From the human T2T-CHM13v2.0 reference genome, Homo sapiens, in assembly GCF_009914755.1 (NCBI RefSeq), contig NC_060933.1: a stretch of 64,000 bases of DNA. The stretch is one strand, 5' to 3'. A program made the position numbers and the translations under genes. Positions 50,163 through 64,000 of this stretch are shown here, in pieces; position 1 is the first letter of the stretch, and every line of letters begins with the position of its first letter. The notes beneath the pieces are model-generated. The model did not search any database. It saw only the letters and a list, made by a program, of their open reading frames with translations, and had not been told where the DNA came from.

Positions 50163-52483
50163 TTATGAGGAGCCTTTATAAATTAAGCCAATGGGCAGTT
50201 GAAAAAAAATTAATGGAAGGGAAAAGAAAGCCCAAGAAACAGAAGACAACACGTAGTGAAATCCGTATCTATGTGTACAAAACATGACATTAAAGAATAC
50301 TGAATGCTGAAAATCTTGAAGCAGAACATCAGAAACAGTTCTTTCAAAAGCAAGCTGGTTATCTGTAAAAGTGGAGTCTTTATAAGGAACATCTAATGAA
50401 TACTGATTTTCTGCAAAGGCCTACTTTTCAATGGGTCACTTACATACTTTCCTATAGACCAGGAGCATAGTTTAAAAAGGGCCAAGGCCCTCTAAAAAGA
50501 AAATCTCATAGATTGAATACATCTTAATTCTATGTTAAGAGTATAGCGTCAGAACTGTTGAGAAGGGCAAATTTAATCCATATTATTAACTAATTTTTAA
50601 TATACTTTTTAAGAAGACTACATTTATTTTTAGTACTATGGAACTTTGCCTTAAAAGCTTGAAAATTTAAACATTCATTCATGTAACAGTCAACAATGTT
50701 TGTTGATTTCTTCCTTGATGGACACTGAGTTAAGGTCTAGAAAATATAAGAAAAAAATGACATGATCATGTTTTCAGTTATCTTACTGGCCAGAGACGAA
50801 AATAGACATTTAACAAACAATAAAACAGGTAACTATTGTAAGTATAATCTCGATGTTATGAGGAAAAAATCACAGTCTACTTCTAACTTAAAATTATGAG
50901 TGGGCTGCACATTATTTAGGGCTATAAGCCCATTTCCTATTTTTGAACTTTTAAACAAAATAATCTCTTTAATAAATCATGTGATTCCGTATAATGATAG
51001 TATGAGATAGGTGCACCATCCTTTATTTCTGAAGATGCTCTGTTTCAAAAGTAAATACTTTGAAGTTTGAGAAACATTAAAAATCAAGGAAAAATCATAA
51101 GAGAATATCTTTGACCTTTTGTTTCCCCTAACAAAAAAAAGAATCCTATTATTAATATGTTTCAAGGTAGTAATGGCACTGAAAAGTATATGTTGGCACT
51201 TTTTCACTTACAATAAGTTTATAGAATATAGTCTTTGTGTTTTTTTATCCTTATTTGAAATGAAATGTAGAAAGGTCCAACAATAATCAGGCAGTTTGCC
51301 ATTGAGCCTGTAGCATTTCAAGAACCACAAAGGAAAAATGAATCATTCCTATATACTCTCAAACCACAGTTTCATATCTAGCAATAATTTTTATAGCACT
51401 TGGGATTTGTTAATAGCTCATTGAAATGATTTCAGCATTCAAACCTCCCATTTTCAATTTTTGATACTTCATTATCCCAAAATGACCAGTTAGTCTTGCC
51501 AAATCTTGATTCACATCCTACCACAAAAGATATCTATTTCCACTCACTTTTGCTGGTTTGCATCATTCTTAGTGACTGACTATTGCTTTAACAGGTCCAA
51601 TTGTCATCTGTACTTGCCTTGATTTAGTCAATACAGATACTTAGATAAGGTGGTGAACTTGGCAAAAGAGCACCTCCATTGAAGAATCTGGACAACATGA
51701 GAAGATGTAAAGGATGTGTTAAATTATATACAAAACCATGAAAAGCCATGGCTGTTCATTGTCTGAGATGCATACCGATAGGAAAATTGAGACAAAATGC
51801 AGTAGGGCTGCATTTCAAACTAGATGATTTCAAGCCATACCAATGTCTGGCATCAATGTGAAATTCCTTAAATACAGCCACATGATTTCAGTTTTAAAAA
51901 GGTCTATCACTTTAATGATCCAAATGAAACCTTTGATTCAAATCCCAAAGGTCAATTTATTGAAAACCCTACAGTATTTTTTCAGTCTAAAACCAAGAAT
52001 TGGGAAGCAATTAATGATAATAAAGTGGGCATGCTATTAAATCCTTATATTTCAATTATATTTCAAAATAGTGTGTTTTTAAAATGAGGTTGTCATAGGG
52101 AGCCCTCAGTAAAAATGGAAAGCCCTGAAAAACGAATTAGTTTGAGTCTTATCCTTCTAATATAGAAAAAAGGAAAACAAATATGTATGTAAATACATGA
52201 AATTGGTATTATTATTGTACACAGCATCTGGGCCGTACATCATACACATCATCTTCAATAGCAATAGTATCTTGGAGTTCTATGGTGATACGCCTCCAGA
52301 TAGCCAAAAATTATCCTTTATATTAAAGAGTAAATTATTACTATTAGTAGCAATCATGTTTATAGATGAAGATTTAATGCAGAAAAATACATAATTTACT
52401 CAAGGCCACAACTTCATCAACATTAAAGTCAGGTAAGAATCTAAGATTGCTGTTTATAATCAAGTGTCCTATTCATTTGATTA

Positions 52484-52632
52484 AGAGCTCTTAACCTGGA
52501 GCCAAGAGTTTCAGGGACCTTTGAACATCTTGAAATTAGATGCAAAATGACATATATGTATGTTTTTCTCCCCTTGTGAAGAGGATCAGATTATCAAAAA
52601 GGGTCATGATACAAGGTAAATTAAATATTACC
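52484..52632. mobile_element. MER103C-like hAT element
   Basis: CTCTTAACCTGG...TGAAATTAGATGCAAAAT...ATCAGATTATCAAAAAGGGTC. Confidence 0.55.
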
Positions 52633-53310
52633 TTATTTGACTAACCCACTTATGTACCAGATTTCTATAAAAAAAAGGATTATATTCATTTCCGTAATAC
52701 ACTTGAAGTTCAGCCAGTGTTTTCAAATGGTATGCTAGTAGTTGGATTAAATTAATGTAGCTTGTAAATAACTTTGCAGGAAACAAGTTAGATGATGAGG
52801 AACTTGAATTCTTAGTTAACTTCTACATGCCTTGACATTTAGTCTTATTGCATCACAGAATTCACATAGCAAATGCTGTACTTAAGCAGTTAAATGTATT
52901 TAGATTATCATTTGATTTATAACTTTCAGTAAATAATGAGAACTTCATGTTTTGCATGAAAATTGTTCAAAACAGGAGGCAATATTTTTCCCCACATATG
53001 TGTAACATCAAATCAGCTGTTCCTTTCTCATGAAAATACAACCCAATTTTCTTTATTTTCTATTTTACCTTTTGGAAATTTAAACACACACAAATACTCT
53101 AATTCAGAACATAATATAATATTAAATATATTTTATCTAATTTTCAGAGTAGAAATGTCACAGTCTATATTTGCATTTATTTTAATGCTAAAAAATAAAA
53201 GTTAAAAGCAGTTTAAATATTGATTTTCATGTGCACTTACAGGTAATTTGGATTTGGCTCTAAGTTGAGTACATTTACCATTGCTCCATTAGAAATAAAA
53301 TGGTGCAGCC

Positions 53311-54304
53311 CAGCAAAAGAAACTACCATCAGAGTGAACAGGCAACCTACAGAATGGGAGAAAATTTTTGCAATTTACTCATCTGACAAAGGGCTAATAT
53401 CCAGAAACTACAAAGAACTCAAACAAATTTACAAGACAAAAACAACCCCATCAACAAGTGGGCGAAGGATATGAACAGACACTTCTCAAAAGAAGACATT
53501 TATGCAGCCAACAGACACATGAAAAAATGCTCATCATCACTGGCCATCAGAGAAATGCAAATCAAAACCACAATGAGATATCATCTCATGCCAGTTAGAA
53601 TGGCGATCATTAAAAAGTCAGGAAACAACAGATACTGGAGAGGATGCGGGGAAATAGAAACACTTTTACACTGTCAGTGGGAGTGTAAACTAGTTCAACC
53701 ATTGTGGAAGACAGTGTGGCGATTCCTCAGGGTTCTAGAACCAGAAATACTATTTGATCCAGCAATCCCATTACTGGGTATATACCCAAAGGAATATAAA
53801 TCATGCTGCTATAAAGAAACATGCACACGTATGTTTATTGCAGCACTACTCACAATAGCAAAGACTTGGAACCAACCCAAATGTCCAACAATGATAGACT
53901 GGATTAAGAAAATGTGGCACATATACACCATGGAATACTATGTAGCCATAAAAAGGATGAGTTCGTGTCCTTTGTAGGGACATGGATGAAGCTGGAAACC
54001 GTCATTCTCAGCAAACAATCGCAAGGACAAAAATCCAAACACCGCATGTTCTCACTCATAGGTGGGAATTGAACAATGAGAACACTTGGACACAGGAAGG
54101 GGAACATCACACACCCGGGCCTGTTGTGGGTCAGGGGAAGGAGGGAGGGATAGCATTAGGAGATATACCTAATGTAAATGGTGAGTTAATGGGTGCAGCA
54201 CACCAACATGGCACATGTATACATATGTAACAAACCTGCACGTTGTGCACATGTACCCTAGAACTTAAAGTATAATAAAATATATATATATATATATATA
54301 GAAA
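53311..54304 (+). mobile_element. L1PA4-like 5'-truncated L1 of about 1 kb
   Basis: ORF 53471-53977 is the ORF2 C-terminus ([32 protein letters not shown]); perfect 20-bp TSD AGAAATAAAATGGTGCAGCC at 53291-53310 and 54305-54324. Confidence 0.96.
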
Positions 54305-55617
54305 AGAAATAAAATGGTGCAGCCTTTATATGAAATCTTCATATATCTTCAAATGGGATTGTATCAACACAAAACATTCAAACTGAGTGTTTGGACTGAG
54401 TCATTCAAGCAATTCAATAAAACAACCTGTTTGATAATCTCTACACAGATTTACAGAAAATTTTTGATTAATCTTGAATATTATTAAAAGTCATGCCATG
54501 ACATTCAAGACAAGAAAGTCACCAACACCAAGCTATGCTTGGTTTGAACTACGAACTGCATTTCATGCCTTCCAGTAACTTCTCAGACTTGGATATAATC
54601 TCAGCACCTACTAATTTACAAGTCAACAGGCTGGAATCCATAGGATTTCCACACAGCTTATGTGTCAGAGATCTCTAACATGTTTCTTCCTAAGACATAG
54701 AAAGTGTTTGACGACCGTAATCAGGAGGTTTGCCCAGGTTCTCAGGAGAAAAATGGAATAGATACTACTAGAGATAGTAGGTATGTACTAGAGCAGATAT
54801 TCAGCTTACCCACTAAGACACATCAGGACGTGTGAGTCAGGAGGTTCTTGTCCAATGGAGCACACGATTTGCTTCTTGGTAGCTAGCTGGAGGGTGAAGT
54901 TTTACTCTTGTCTCCATTCATGACTAATGCAAAGTTTCCCAGGGGTATGCAGCTCCTGCGTACTGGCTTGCAGTTAACAGAGAAAAGGGTCATTTCCCTC
55001 CACCCAAAATCGCGTGGACCAGTTTTGTCCCTTAGAAAATTTATGGAAATGAAAAAAATCACTTTTCTATTCTTGAGTGGTGGGGCTAGAGGGTAGCTAT
55101 TAGCTTAAACGAAAGGTTGAAATTCAACATCAAATCAGTCCTAAGTGTAAAGATGATCAAGACTGGGCTACTTCCTTGAGTCTTATGACTTATGTTAGTT
55201 CTGCTCCAAACTTTTCTCTGCTGTGACAAAGAAGAAAAGTATGAGACCTGCTGTGCAGTTTTAAGAATATGTCCTATTTCAGTTGCTGAAATCTGTTACT
55301 TCCTGAACAACACATGAGCCAATGTTTCTTGCCTATGAAATCAATGGCTGAACCATAGAAATCAATAGATAGAATAATGATTAATAATGTTTATGGTCAA
55401 TCTCACGAGTAGGGGAGAAACAAAAACAGCACCTAGAAATCATAGGTTTTCCTATTCTTTGATCAAGGGATGCCTCACACAAAACAGGGAATAAAGGAAA
55501 CCAGAATAGAGGCATAGAAACCATTTATTGGTGAAACTGACTACAAAGAGGCAACAGAAATGGAAGGCAGATTTCATTGGTGCACTTTTGAGAGCTGGAC
55601 TTTCTCTGTTACATCAT

Positions 55618-55834
<217 letters not shown>

Positions 55835-57134
55835 ATCAGAGATGAAAAAAAAAGTTTCTCTGGATAAAGGCAGTCTTCTTAGAATGAAATAAAAACAAAA
55901 TATGTCTGCTTTTGTGCAGGTGGTTGCAGAACAGGTACACTCTCCTTCGATGTGGGAGTACTTATTCATAAAGCAAGTAGTCCCAGAAAGACCAAATGAT
56001 ACTAAACCAATCCAAATGAACAGAGATGTGTCTTTTGCCACAGATGACTTCACTAGGACATCTAGTCTATCAAGGGTAACATGAACAAATTATGCCAGGT
56101 ATGTTTGAGTAGTAAGTCTGATTATTGCATTTGCAGTCTCTAGTTTGCCATATAATATTTCTATTCTATTAAGCAAGACACATACCATTTCTGTTCTTTA
56201 ATCTCCTTGTTGATAAAATGAAAAAAAATTCTTTTATTTTTAGGAGAAATATTAGATCTGCAAATTAAGTTAGGAACAAATAGAATTTATTGTCATTATC
56301 ATCAATGTTGCATTTTTAGTGCTTTAGCTATTTTCTATCTAGATCATTAGCACTTTTGGAACAATATTCTGGAATAAATAGCCCTCCTCTGTGCTTCCTT
56401 AATGCCTTTATTCAAGTCTTTTCTTTCACTTATGACAATTTAAGGAACTTTTTGTGTGTCTATTTCTCTCAATATACTAAAAGCTCCCAAAGCTGAATCT
56501 ACATCGTACTTACCCTGAATCTCCAGCACTTACTACCTGGCAAATGATATACTTCCAAAATGTGATATGCTGAAACAAATTACTGTATGTGTCTTTCTCA
56601 CACGGCACAATGCTTTGTATGTAGTAGGTGTAAGTTGCTTTTCTTATTGACTAATTAAACTAGAAAACATTCATCACCCCCAGATTATCTTAGTTTCTTC
56701 TTGCTCTAGATCAGTTTATTGACATATGTAGTATACATATGTCAATAAACATATATATACTACATATACATATGTTTTTTTGTTTTTGCAAAACAAAAAA
56801 GCAAAACAACTTTTTTTACAGCGAATCAAGCACTTTGAAAACAACGAGAAAATTATTTGCCTATATAACTGTGGCACATAATTACAAACAATTATAAAAT
56901 ATCCCAAATGGCATGCTAATATATAAAAGAAAGTCAATACCTAGACGTAGTTCAAACTCATGGCCAATATTTAGTTTATGAGAATATAAAAGTTGTACCA
57001 TAAACTCTTTGCTGAGAGTTTGCATCTTTGAATTAGACAAAGACAATAAATTACAAAATATAACAAGAATCCCATTCTCTAGCTCCTTTCTTATAACTCT
57101 GATCACCTCATCAAATCACACCCTTCACCTTACT

Positions 57135-57620
57135 GTTAGAAAACCTGAGAATAGACATAGTAATGCCTGTACAAAGCCCTAAATTTCACTTTGGTTTGAA
57201 GAAGTAACAAGGAGCAACTTCTGCATAGGGGAAGGTAGTCAACTTCAGCCCCATCTAGCCTTCCATGTGGGACAGGAAAATACCAAACTCCATCCCCATC
57301 TAATCCTTCTTGTCTCACCTAAGGTGAACCACCTGTGAAGATCACAGCCCAGGGCACAGGCTCACTAAAAGACTGAGACTAAATCATACAACTATAGAAT
57401 GTTTCTCCTCACCCACATCTTATCAACGTATTACTTAGAGACCTAAGTAACTCACTTCCTTTTGTGCAGTACATCATATCAAGCTTTCAACAACAACAAA
57501 AATTATAAGGTATACTAAAAGGCAAAAAATAAATAAAAAAATAAATAAAACCCACAGTTGGAAGCAAGCAAGCAAACATTAGAACCAGACTCGAATATGG
57601 CAGGGATGTTAGAATTATCT
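57135..57620 (+). mobile_element. L1MD/MC-type 5'UTR fragment
   Basis: CAGGCTCACTAAAAGACTGAGAC and AGAACCAGACTCGAATATGGCAGGGATGTTAGAATTATC; same family as the antisense 17.8-18.3 kb segment. Confidence 0.7.
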
Positions 57621-57624
57621 TGAT

Positions 57625-58400
57625 TGGTATGTTTTGCTCCCTATTCTATTGATTATTAACAGAGAAATTTTGAAGTCTCTAAGTATACTTGTGAATTTGT
57701 GTATTTCTGTTTTCAGTTGACCAGTTTATTTTTTGTTTGTTCTTGCGTGGGGAAACCCTCTTAGGTAGAAATACATTTAGCATCTTCATGTTTTCTTTGC
57801 TATTTCGACCACAGTTTTCGTATTTGATATCCTTTTTTATTTCTGTTAATATTTTATGTTCTAAATTTTAATTTGTATTTTATTAATATAGCCATTATAG
57901 CTTTATTTTTAGTAATCATCACATCATATATCTTTCATCATATATTTACTTTTAACTTGCCTACATCTTTATATTTAAAGTGGTTTTCTCTTAGACATCT
58001 CATAGTTAGGTCTTGCATTTTATACAGGTTGACAAGCTCAGCTGTTTAATTGCCTAGTTAATTTGCATTTAAAGTAATTATTAATATTGTTACATTTAAA
58101 TCTACCCTTTTAAAATTATTTTATTGTGTCAAACCATCCTATGTTCCTTTTACTCCTCTTTATCTGCCTTTTTTATTTAGTATTTTTTATTATTCCATTT
58201 TATATTTATGCTTGGTGCATTATTTATACCTCTTTTAAGAAAATTCTTGCTAAATGTTTTCCAATATACTTCATTCTACAATCTATAGTCTTTTTTCATG
58301 TCTAGTAAAAAAAAGAAGAGCCTTAAAATTCCCAATTTATTGCCACTATCTTTTGAATTAATGCTGTCACACTTTCATTTTTTTCTTATTTTTGTTACTA
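57625..58400 (-). mobile_element. Ancient L1 (L1ME-type) endonuclease-region fragment
   Basis: TGAAGTCTCTAAGTATACTTGTGAATTTG and ATATTTAAAGTGGTTTTCTCTTAGACA. Confidence 0.65.
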
Positions 58401-58469
58401 TAAGTGAAATAATTTTCCCTTGTTATATTTACTAAGCAGCAACAACAATGATAATTAACTTACTAGCAA

Positions 58470-58680
58470 ATTAGCATTTATTAATATTTAGTAAGTGCCA
58501 CATGCTTTGCTAATTTACATGAATCACATCATTTAATATACAGACCTCTATAAGGTAAATACTATTATTACTTTAATTTGATAGCTCAAGGGAGTGAAGC
58601 ATAAGGAATATAAGTGACTTATCCAAAGTTATATATCTTTGTGGTATTATGAAACAGCCAGTCTAATTCCAGCATTTGCA
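58470..58680 (-). mobile_element. MIR
   Basis: TAGCATTTATT...GTGCCA...TTTACATG...CTATAAGGTAAATACTATTATT...AAGTGACTTATCCAAAGT. Confidence 0.7.
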
Positions 58681-58734
58681 ATCTCTATAAATATTTTACA
58701 GTTGCTGCCACATGCTAAATTTATTAAATTGTAA

Positions 58735-59043
<309 letters not shown>

Positions 59044-59486
59044 AAAATTGCTCGTATTTTCAGTTTGTTTTCTAAGATTCCCTACAGAAAATGTTATTTT
59101 GTATGCAAAAGGCAACTTGTTCATCTTTTTATATTAATCTACTAGCTAATATTTTTGTTTACTATTTCATTGTATTTTTACCACCTCCGGAAAAAGTAAC
59201 AAGAATGGTAAAAATAAACATGTATTTTATTTTTGATTTTATAGGGAATGTTTCTATGTTATCTTCAGTTTATTAGGATTTTTAACAGTAAAAAATGAGT
59301 ATATTTTAAAATATTTAACAAATATTTTAAATTATTCCTTTTCTTTGTTTTTAATCTTTTATAATCACATATGGCATTATTATGGTAACCAACAAAAATT
59401 TCTAAAGAGAAGAAAAGTTATTAGGGCCAAGTAAAACAAAAATTTTCTAACTCAATGGAAAAAAATCATATTCACCAATAAATATA

Positions 59487-59842
59487 CAGTAGTTCCCCCT
59501 TATCCACAGTTTTGTTTTCCATGATTTCAGTTACCCACAGTCCACTGCAGTCTGTAAGTAAGTTAGTACAATATACTAAGATATTGTGTGTGAGAGAGAG
59601 CACATACGAGAGAGAGAGAGACCACTTTCACTTAGTCTTTATTACAACATATTTTTGTCTGTTTTGGTCTATTTTAGTAGTTGTTGTTAATCTCTTACTG
59701 TGCCTGATTTATAAATTAAACTTTATCATAGGAATATCCATATAGGAAAATCATATTATATATAGGGTTGGCACTATCCACGGCTTCAGGCATCCACTGG
59801 GGGTCTTGGAATGTATCCCTTCTGGATAAAGGGGGACTAGTG
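59487..59842 (+). mobile_element. MER44A (TcMar-Tigger)
   Basis: TA target sites; TIRs CAGTAGTTCCCCCTTATCC / GGATAAAGGGGGACTAGTG. Confidence 0.92.
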
Positions 59843-60127
59843 TAGTGGTGAATAATTTGAACATTCTTTCTAGTAGACATGATATGATAACATTCAATAA
59901 ATTTTTACTACGTACCTATTATGAACCAAAGGATTTTCACAGTTCATAATGACTATCATTTTCCATATGTCAAGTGCCACAAAGACAGAATTTTCCCAAC
60001 ATTCAAATAATGGCACTATATTGCTGCAACCTGTTTGGATTTGGTATCCAAATCCAAAAGTTGATTTAATAATTTTAGTGAAGTACAGTGCTGAGTCCAG
60101 AGCATTATATCATCAAATGCGTTTAAT

Positions 60128-60575
60128 CTTTCTCTTTATTGAGGTATAATTGACATGCAACATTGCATAGATTTATGGTGCACGATATGATGTTTTGATA
60201 TATGTATACCTTGTGAAATGATTACCACAATCAACTAATTAACATCTCCATCACCTCACATAGTTACTTTTTTGTGGTGAGAACATTTAAAATGTACTCT
60301 TAGTGATTTTTGAGTATATAATAGTATATTGTTATTAACCATAATCACCATTCTGTACAATAACTCTCTAGAACATATTGTATCTAACTGAAACCTGGTA
60401 CCCTTTAACCAACATCTCCCATTTTGCTTTCACCTCCAACCTCTGACAACCACCATCCTACTATCTGCTTTTATGAGTTCAGCTTTTCTTGATTCCCTGT
60501 GTAAGTGAGATCATGCAGTATTTGTCTTTCTGTACTTGGCTTATTTCACTCAGCACAATGTCTTCCATTTACTTG
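60128..60575 (-). mobile_element. L1MA8/9-like 3' end
   Basis: TTTATTGAGGTATAATTGACA...TGTGAAATGATTACCACAATCAA...CACCTCACATAGTTAC. Confidence 0.88.
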
Positions 60576-60834
60576 TTTTAAATGCAGCCAGTGTATTACC
60601 ACGTGTCATCTAATCCATTCAAAAGGTTAAATGCCAGATTCTGAAAATACAATTATATTTGTAGGATACCAGAAGTTCTAAGGGTTAGGGAAACTCAGGT
60701 ACAAGTTCTCATGTAGTAAAAGAATCTCCTTGATTTTTGTCTTCCAAATATCAACCTACTGATGAACACATTTTATATACAGAAATTCTCTTTCATCTCT
60801 CTATCACTACCGATAGCTCCCTGAAAGGTAATTA

Positions 60835-60855
60835 CACACACACACTCACACAAAC

Positions 60856-60910
<55 letters not shown>

Positions 60911-60932
60911 GATAGAGATAGATAGACAGATA
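60835..60932. repeat. (CA)n plus (GATA)13 tetranucleotide STR
   Basis: 13 perfect GATA units at 60857-60908 followed by degenerate units. Confidence 0.97.
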
Positions 60933-61059
60933 TTTTCTCTCAGTCATTATCACCATACTATGGCTAAAAATCAGTAATACAAATCCCAATATTAAATAGA
61001 GCTACACAGATAGATTCCAAAACAAATTTCTGGACAAATTTTCTGGTTATCCTCTAAGG

Positions 61060-61248
61060 CTGCATTATTGAATATTGCAGCCCCTAGCCATAACTGTCTA
61101 TTTAAATCATACTTAGGTTAATTAAATTAAATAAAACAAGTGACACTTCAGGTGCTCAATAGCAAATGTGGCTGGTGGCTACCATCCTGGACAGCACAAA
61201 TATAGAACAATTTCATCATCCCAGAAAGTTCTATTGAACAGTGCTGCT
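61060..61248. mobile_element. MER3 (hAT-Charlie)
   Basis: GTGCTCAATAGC...TGGCTACCATCCTGGACAGCAC...AGAAAGTTCTATTGAACAGTGCTG. Confidence 0.85.
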
Positions 61249-63684
61249 GTAAAGATCACAGATGGTCCTTCATCACTCAAAAAGAAGAACTACCACAAAA
61301 ATTCTACAAACTTTCAAATTCTTCTTTATACAGCTCTGACCATGAAGCCTCAAGTCTCACTAAACATAAAGGGCCTTCAGCCACAGGACAATGGATGTTT
61401 CACAATAACAGGTGGAAAGTGTTAAAGAAATAATGTCCTGAGTCATGTCAGAATTGTGACTGCCAAGGAAATATTTAATAATGCTAAAGAAGCAATCTCA
61501 CAATGGTAAAAAGATGGAGGATCAATTTTTTGTTTGCATCTTAAATAGGCAGCAACTCTTTGTACGAAAAGGGGTTCAAAATTCTACATCATCACCAATG
61601 TAAATCAAATATATGTTGAGCATAAATAATACAGTTGCCAAAGAGAGCAAGAGCTGAAACATCTCTCAACTATGGCCAGCATCCTGCAGAGCTTATTAGA
61701 AAGGAGCAAAATCATGCATGAGCATAAATTAATTAAGACTCATTACTTGAAAACAAGTAAGATGTACTTTTAGCAAGTACATAAGTAATACATACATACA
61801 TACATATGATTTAGTAATACAGTCCTAAAGCAAGAAGTCATCCCAGCAAAGTAGATGACTGGAACAAAAACAACATAGGATACAATCTAAAAGTTCAGCA
61901 GTTTGTAAGCCATGTGGTTTAAGGTTTATCATTTTTTCTTAAGCAAAGTCAGCAAGTTGACATTAAAAAGAAATATATATCCATTTTACTTTTATTTATG
62001 GGTAGATATTTGTAAAATTCTATTTTTTTGAATTGGGTTTTAGTCTTTGCAAAAAATCTCCCTTTTTTCATCTTTACACACTTCTTAAAGAATATCTAGC
62101 TGTTACCATCTGAAAAGACTCGATTAAATGGAATCCACCTGTCTATAGGAGTCAGCATGCTTGTTTCTAGAGTAGAAAAGCAAACCGAAGTCCTTTCTCT
62201 CTTTATAAAATTCTGCTGAGGCTTATTTCTGTGTATTTATGTGTGAGCACATGTGTATGTGTTATACATTACAATCATTTAGATTTTCATGTGATGTGTG
62301 ATGACATCACTCATTTTTTCTAGCTGAAATGGGAAGCAGGTCAAACTTTCAGGAAGAGGTTACACATCTACTGAGATTATTATTTAGGAACAATAAGAAT
62401 TACTGTTATATGTAGGTTCCTTCTCAAGGTGTAAGTTATTTAAAAATATGTCAGAGGATGTCACCCTTCTTATGCTCAAGAAAATGTTGTGTTCCCCTTG
62501 CTTATTTCTTGCATGTGACTATAACAATAAAATACAGTGGATAAAAATTTTAAAAAATCAAGGACAGCACACCAAATTCACCTTCATTAGTTGAAAAATA
62601 ATTCAAAGCAGTTGTTACATGATATATTACAGTTCATTATTTGGTATTATATGATAAATATGATAATAGTAACACCAGTTTCAATACAACAGTAACTTTA
62701 AAATACTAATAGGTTAATAACTTAAATGTTGTAGGCACAAATTGTAAAACCTCTTAAATGTTTTACATTTTGTAATTTGTAAATTATAAATTTGTAAAAC
62801 ATTTCATGCACATTCAACTTCCAAATGGCTATCAAATAAACCCAAGAATGATGTATAATATTATTCAGTGCCCTTTCAGGTAGGTATGATTTAATATCTG
62901 CAAATTTTATTCCTTTTTATTTACTACGCTCTATAGCTGTATTCTTGGCACTAAACTGCTCCTCCTTCTGAGGTCAGACAGTATGATTTAGAGCATGACT
63001 TTCTCCTCATTCCCTACAGTAATTAGTCTGCCTAACTCCAGAAAGTTGCTTGCCAAGGAATATTTTAATTGGGCACTAGTTTCCATAATGAACTAAAAAT
63101 CAAGGTTGGTGGCCCTGAAGTTTGATGCTGAAACACCCAGATAACTCAATATCATCGGGCCTAGATCTGGTTGGAAATTTTAGTTTCTCCTAATGGCTGT
63201 TGAATTAACTTAGTTCTTTATACTAAGAAGCATTATCTATTATCTTAGAGTCATTAAAGTCTATATCCAGTGCCCACACAAACCTCCCAGTAATTATGAA
63301 AACCTACACAGTAACCCCAGACTGTTGTTAGATTAGGGTTTTATAGGACGTAGTTACCTGCTCTGCTTAGTTTCTTTAAAAACCCTAATTCACCAAAAGC
63401 TCACAAAAGTGAATGTGCCTTTATTGAATTAGCGTTAACTATTAACAGTAGCAGCAACACTATCAAAGCATCTATTCATGTATATTGTAGTAAGTGCTAT
63501 ACACTTAGGATATTTGATATGTAATAATTATAATTTCAAAATCGTAACAAGCTACAATCTAAGAAAATACACCTATGTACTTGTAGTTAGGAAAACACAA
63601 ATTTTTATTTGTCTATAATCAGTTATTTTACATGGCATGGAGAATCATAATTCTCTCTTAGAAGGCTTTCTGCATTCTGAGGAG

Positions 63685-63905
63685 AAAATACACTGACTTT
63701 GGAGCTAAATTGAAATAGGTTTTAATTATGCCTCTGCTACTTAGTAACTGTGTGACATTGAGGATTTTTCTTAACCTCCCTGAGCCCTTTTCCTTATCTG
63801 TAAAATAAGAGAATAAAATCTTACCTCACGTAGTTTGTAAAGAGAAAGCAGACCATACGTGTGTCATGACTGAAATACACTGTGGCCTCTACTAAACAGT
63901 CAATT
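63685..63905 (+). mobile_element. MIR
   Basis: CTCTGCTACTTAGTAACTGTGTGAC...CTTAACCTCCCTGAGCC...TCCTTATCTGTAAAAT. Confidence 0.8.
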
Positions 63906-63955
63906 TATGAATGCCCTTGTTGTTCCTTGAAAGTACCAATAAACACATAGATAAA

Positions 63956-63957
<2 letters not shown>

Positions 63958-64000
<43 letters not shown>
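63958..64000. repeat. (CA)n microsatellite running off the window end
   Basis: Directly visible. Confidence 0.97.

Noticed and set aside
49562-50287. Six overlapping long ORFs (up to 214 aa) rich in Y/I/V/T/C/H
   Set aside because: Artefacts of a stop-free dinucleotide-derived repeat
53471-53977. 168-aa ORF
   Set aside because: C-terminal fragment of L1 ORF2 in a 5'-truncated L1PA; not a host gene
61450-61540. Weak resemblance to a pogo/Tigger transposase N-terminal helix-turn-helix
   Set aside because: Too few matching residues to separate from chance without a profile search

Overview
Primate, very probably human, AT-rich non-coding DNA, intergenic or deep intronic. I see no intact protein-coding gene, RNA gene or CpG island. 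The supplied ORFs are short chance ORFs or come from Alu, L1, LTR or microsatellite sequence; the longest real protein fragment is an L1 ORF2 C-terminus at 53471-53977. Much of the window is recognisable interspersed repeat: Alu (J/S/Y/FLAM), L1 (PA/PB/MA/MC/ME), L2, MIR, MaLR and ERV1 LTRs, and hAT, Tigger and piggyBac DNA elements. Two signals stand out. (1) A heavily decayed but colinear Ty3/Gypsy (Mag/K02A2.6-like) relic at about 43.3-45.3 kb shows gag-like, RT and integrase peptide motifs, a locally duplicated pol segment and a perfect hairpin. (2) An ancient tRNA-derived SINE of the LF-SINE/AmnSINE2 type at about 33.97-34.30 kb adjoins a block lacking young repeats and rich in homeodomain motifs, which looks like a conserved enhancer. 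All subfamily names come from my recollection of consensus sequences, not from a search, and boundaries of old elements are approximate.
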